Assembly (NCBI GenBank): GCA_009914755.4
Contig: CP068257.2
Span: 19,552,001-19,616,000, forward strand
Origin: the human T2T-CHM13v2.0 reference genome, Homo sapiens
Direction: 5' to 3'
DNA length: 64,000 bases
The notes beneath the pieces were generated by a model. It saw only the letters and a list, made by a program, of their open reading frames with translations, searched no databases and was not told where the DNA came from. The translations under genes were made by a program, and so were the position numbers. Below, one piece after another: positions 61,565 through 64,000 of the stretch; within the stretch, counting starts at the first letter, position 1; every line of letters starts with the position of its first letter.

Positions 61565-61643
61565 TTTTCCTGCCTTCTTTCCTCCTTCTATTCCTCGTCC
61601 TTTTCTCCTTTCCCTTCTTCCTTCTTTCTCTTCAATTCTTTTA
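61565..61643. repeat. Polypyrimidine (CT-rich) tract, about 78 bp
   Basis: ttttcctgccttctttcctccttctattcctcgtccttttctcctttcccttcttccttctttctcttcaattcttttaa is almost exclusively C/T on the + strand. Confidence 0.9.
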
Positions 61644-62218
61644 ATTTATGAGTTTAAACTGACTTTAAATTCCTGTAGTTGGGGATAAGGCATATACAGA
61701 GGACAGAATGTGAGGGAAGAGGCACTTGTGCATGTGTGTGTGATATCTTTGAGTTTTTCAATTCAATTAAATAGACAATAATATTATATAAGTATGTGTA
61801 TAAATAAGTAAACTCTACATGTATATTGGAATTCTTCCCTGAATTGACAAAAAAGTATTATTTCCATTTTATAGATGTAAATCTTCAGGAACAAAAAGTC
61901 CAATTGACTTGTTTGTATGCTTAATTCTTCTCAGAGCTTATTTAAAAAAAAACATACAGTTATATAAAAGTAACCCGAATTATGATTTCCAATCTACTTT
62001 TCTTTCTATTTATTTGATGAATTAAATGTTAATATTCCCTCATCATTTAAATAATTTCATTTTGATTATCATTAAACAATTGAGTAACCTTACTTTTCTT
62101 CCTCTTTATAATCTTCCAATGTTCTTTAAAAAAAAATTCCTTGAAACACAGGAAAAAATTGTCACATCTTAGTCTTTGCTCTCTTGTGAAAAAAGTCCAT
62201 TAAGATTTATGAATTTCT

Positions 62219-62554
<336 letters not shown>

Positions 62555-64000
62555 TCACATTAAGGGCATAGACTGATTGAACTTGCACTTTATCTTGAAT
62601 AATGGCATTTAACCTATTGGGTTAACAGTTTTGAGGCTCCCAAATAAATGTCCAGGTATCTGCTGAATTGTTTGACTGCCTGGGTTATAAAAATATCTTG
62701 AAGGTCAGATAATGCTAATGTTTGAGAAATGCATTTTTTATCCCTGATCTAGCTTTCCTTACCAATTATGAGGTAAAAATAGTAATAAAATAATAATAAT
62801 GATAATTACACTGTTAACTAATGTTACCTAGAATCTAAATCAAAAAGAATGATTTTCCCAATATCCATGATCCTTTCCTCAGTTACATATTCCAGTCTTC
62901 TGAAATAGGATTCCACAAGAGAATTAAATTTATGGAAAATGATTAGAGTGATTATTTTCACATTTCTCTCAAGCATGATCTTTAGCTAATACAATTATTG
63001 ATGCACTTGAGAAAAGTTACTACATTGCATACAATTCAGCACTGAAGCTTAATTTTTACATAGAACTGTGGTTCATAACTGCTGGAACCCCAAGATACTG
63101 AAACAATACCCACCTGCCCCACCTTGCTCCTTACCCAACCAGGGCAGTTAGTTCGAGCTCATCATTAGGATGAGCTCCATCTTCAGGTTTATTATAAACA
63201 TCTTTTCACATTTCTGAAATTTGGATGTGTCTTACAGCCACCGTGTACTTCAGTCAAGTCACATTTTCTTTGTTTCCTGACAAATTTGTGCTAAGATAAT
63301 GACCTGCCTTACAATAAATGGCTTCTTAGAATCTAGTACTTTCTTTAGCAGACAATCAGCACCCCCACAATTATTTATTTATTTATTTGTTTAAGTATTT
63401 TTGTCTGTTCTTTAGGTCAATAATAGAGTGTCCCTACAAGGAACAAGAGATTTTCCACAGATGAAAAAACAGTTGTTAAAATTTAATATGAATAAACTGT
63501 TCATAGTCAAGTTTTCTTCTATTAAATTATTTGAATCTATGAATTTTTCTATGAGATTAGACTGCGGTAAAATATGACGTCTGATTTAGCACATCCACAT
63601 GTATTTAATTGTTGTAAGAGTAATGAATGAAGCATACCACCAAGTGTATCATGCCTCTCTCTGGTCTGGCATTTGAATGATTTCAAGAACCACTGCCCTC
63701 AGGTCCTCTTTTGTGCTGTTTGAAAATGTGCAGTAATAGGTTCGGATAGACTAATCTGTGCCTAAGTGATAGCTAATATATCTTCCTCCCAGGTAGTATT
63801 TAGCTTGATTAAAATGGACAGGTCAACATAAGGCATTTCTAGTGGGAATTTCAAGCACCACTGAAAGCTAATTGAGCAAGACAAAGCTTATAAAGAAGAA
63901 AGTGCACTTGAGTTACCAAAATTCTAACTGGATGCTAGAAAAAATTGTATTTGCATTAAATTTGTTACAAGCACTATGGTCCTTCTCAACTCATGCTCTC

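Overview
This window is not prokaryotic. It is primate nuclear DNA, almost certainly human: AT-rich, low in CpG and saturated with interspersed repeats. I find no credible protein-coding exon, RNA gene, CpG-island promoter, CRISPR array or operon-like organisation, and no candidate novel biological system.

What I can support:
- At least 13 Alu SINEs on both strands (AluJ, AluS and several young AluY), most with long homopolymer tails, plus one free left Alu monomer.
- A near full-length MIR and two L2/MIR 3'-end fragments.
- Several L1 fragments: three 3' ends of the younger L1PA/L1PB type, two older (L1MA/L1MB-type) 3' ends, and one old L1M ORF2 remnant.
- A MaLR (THE1/MST-like) LTR split by a nested Alu.
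- A MER53-like hAT MITE.
- A roughly 3.6-kb Tigger1-like pogo DNA transposon whose transposase ORF has decayed.
- Many microsatellites and homopurine/homopyrimidine tracts: (CA)n, (GT)n, a long compound (TA)n, GA-rich and CT-rich runs.

All ORFs in the supplied six-frame track are short, low-complexity, and in most cases visibly translations of Alu, L1 or microsatellite sequence. None is reported as a CDS.

The observations worth a second look are modest:
- A very young 5'-truncated AluY with a perfect 17-bp target-site duplication and an A36 tail.
- Two pairs of short dispersed low-copy duplications that bracket Alu and microsatellite insertions.
- Nested insertions of one transposon inside another.
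- Potential non-B-DNA tracts.

Repeat family names come from my recollection of consensus sequences, not from a search, and the boundaries are approximate.
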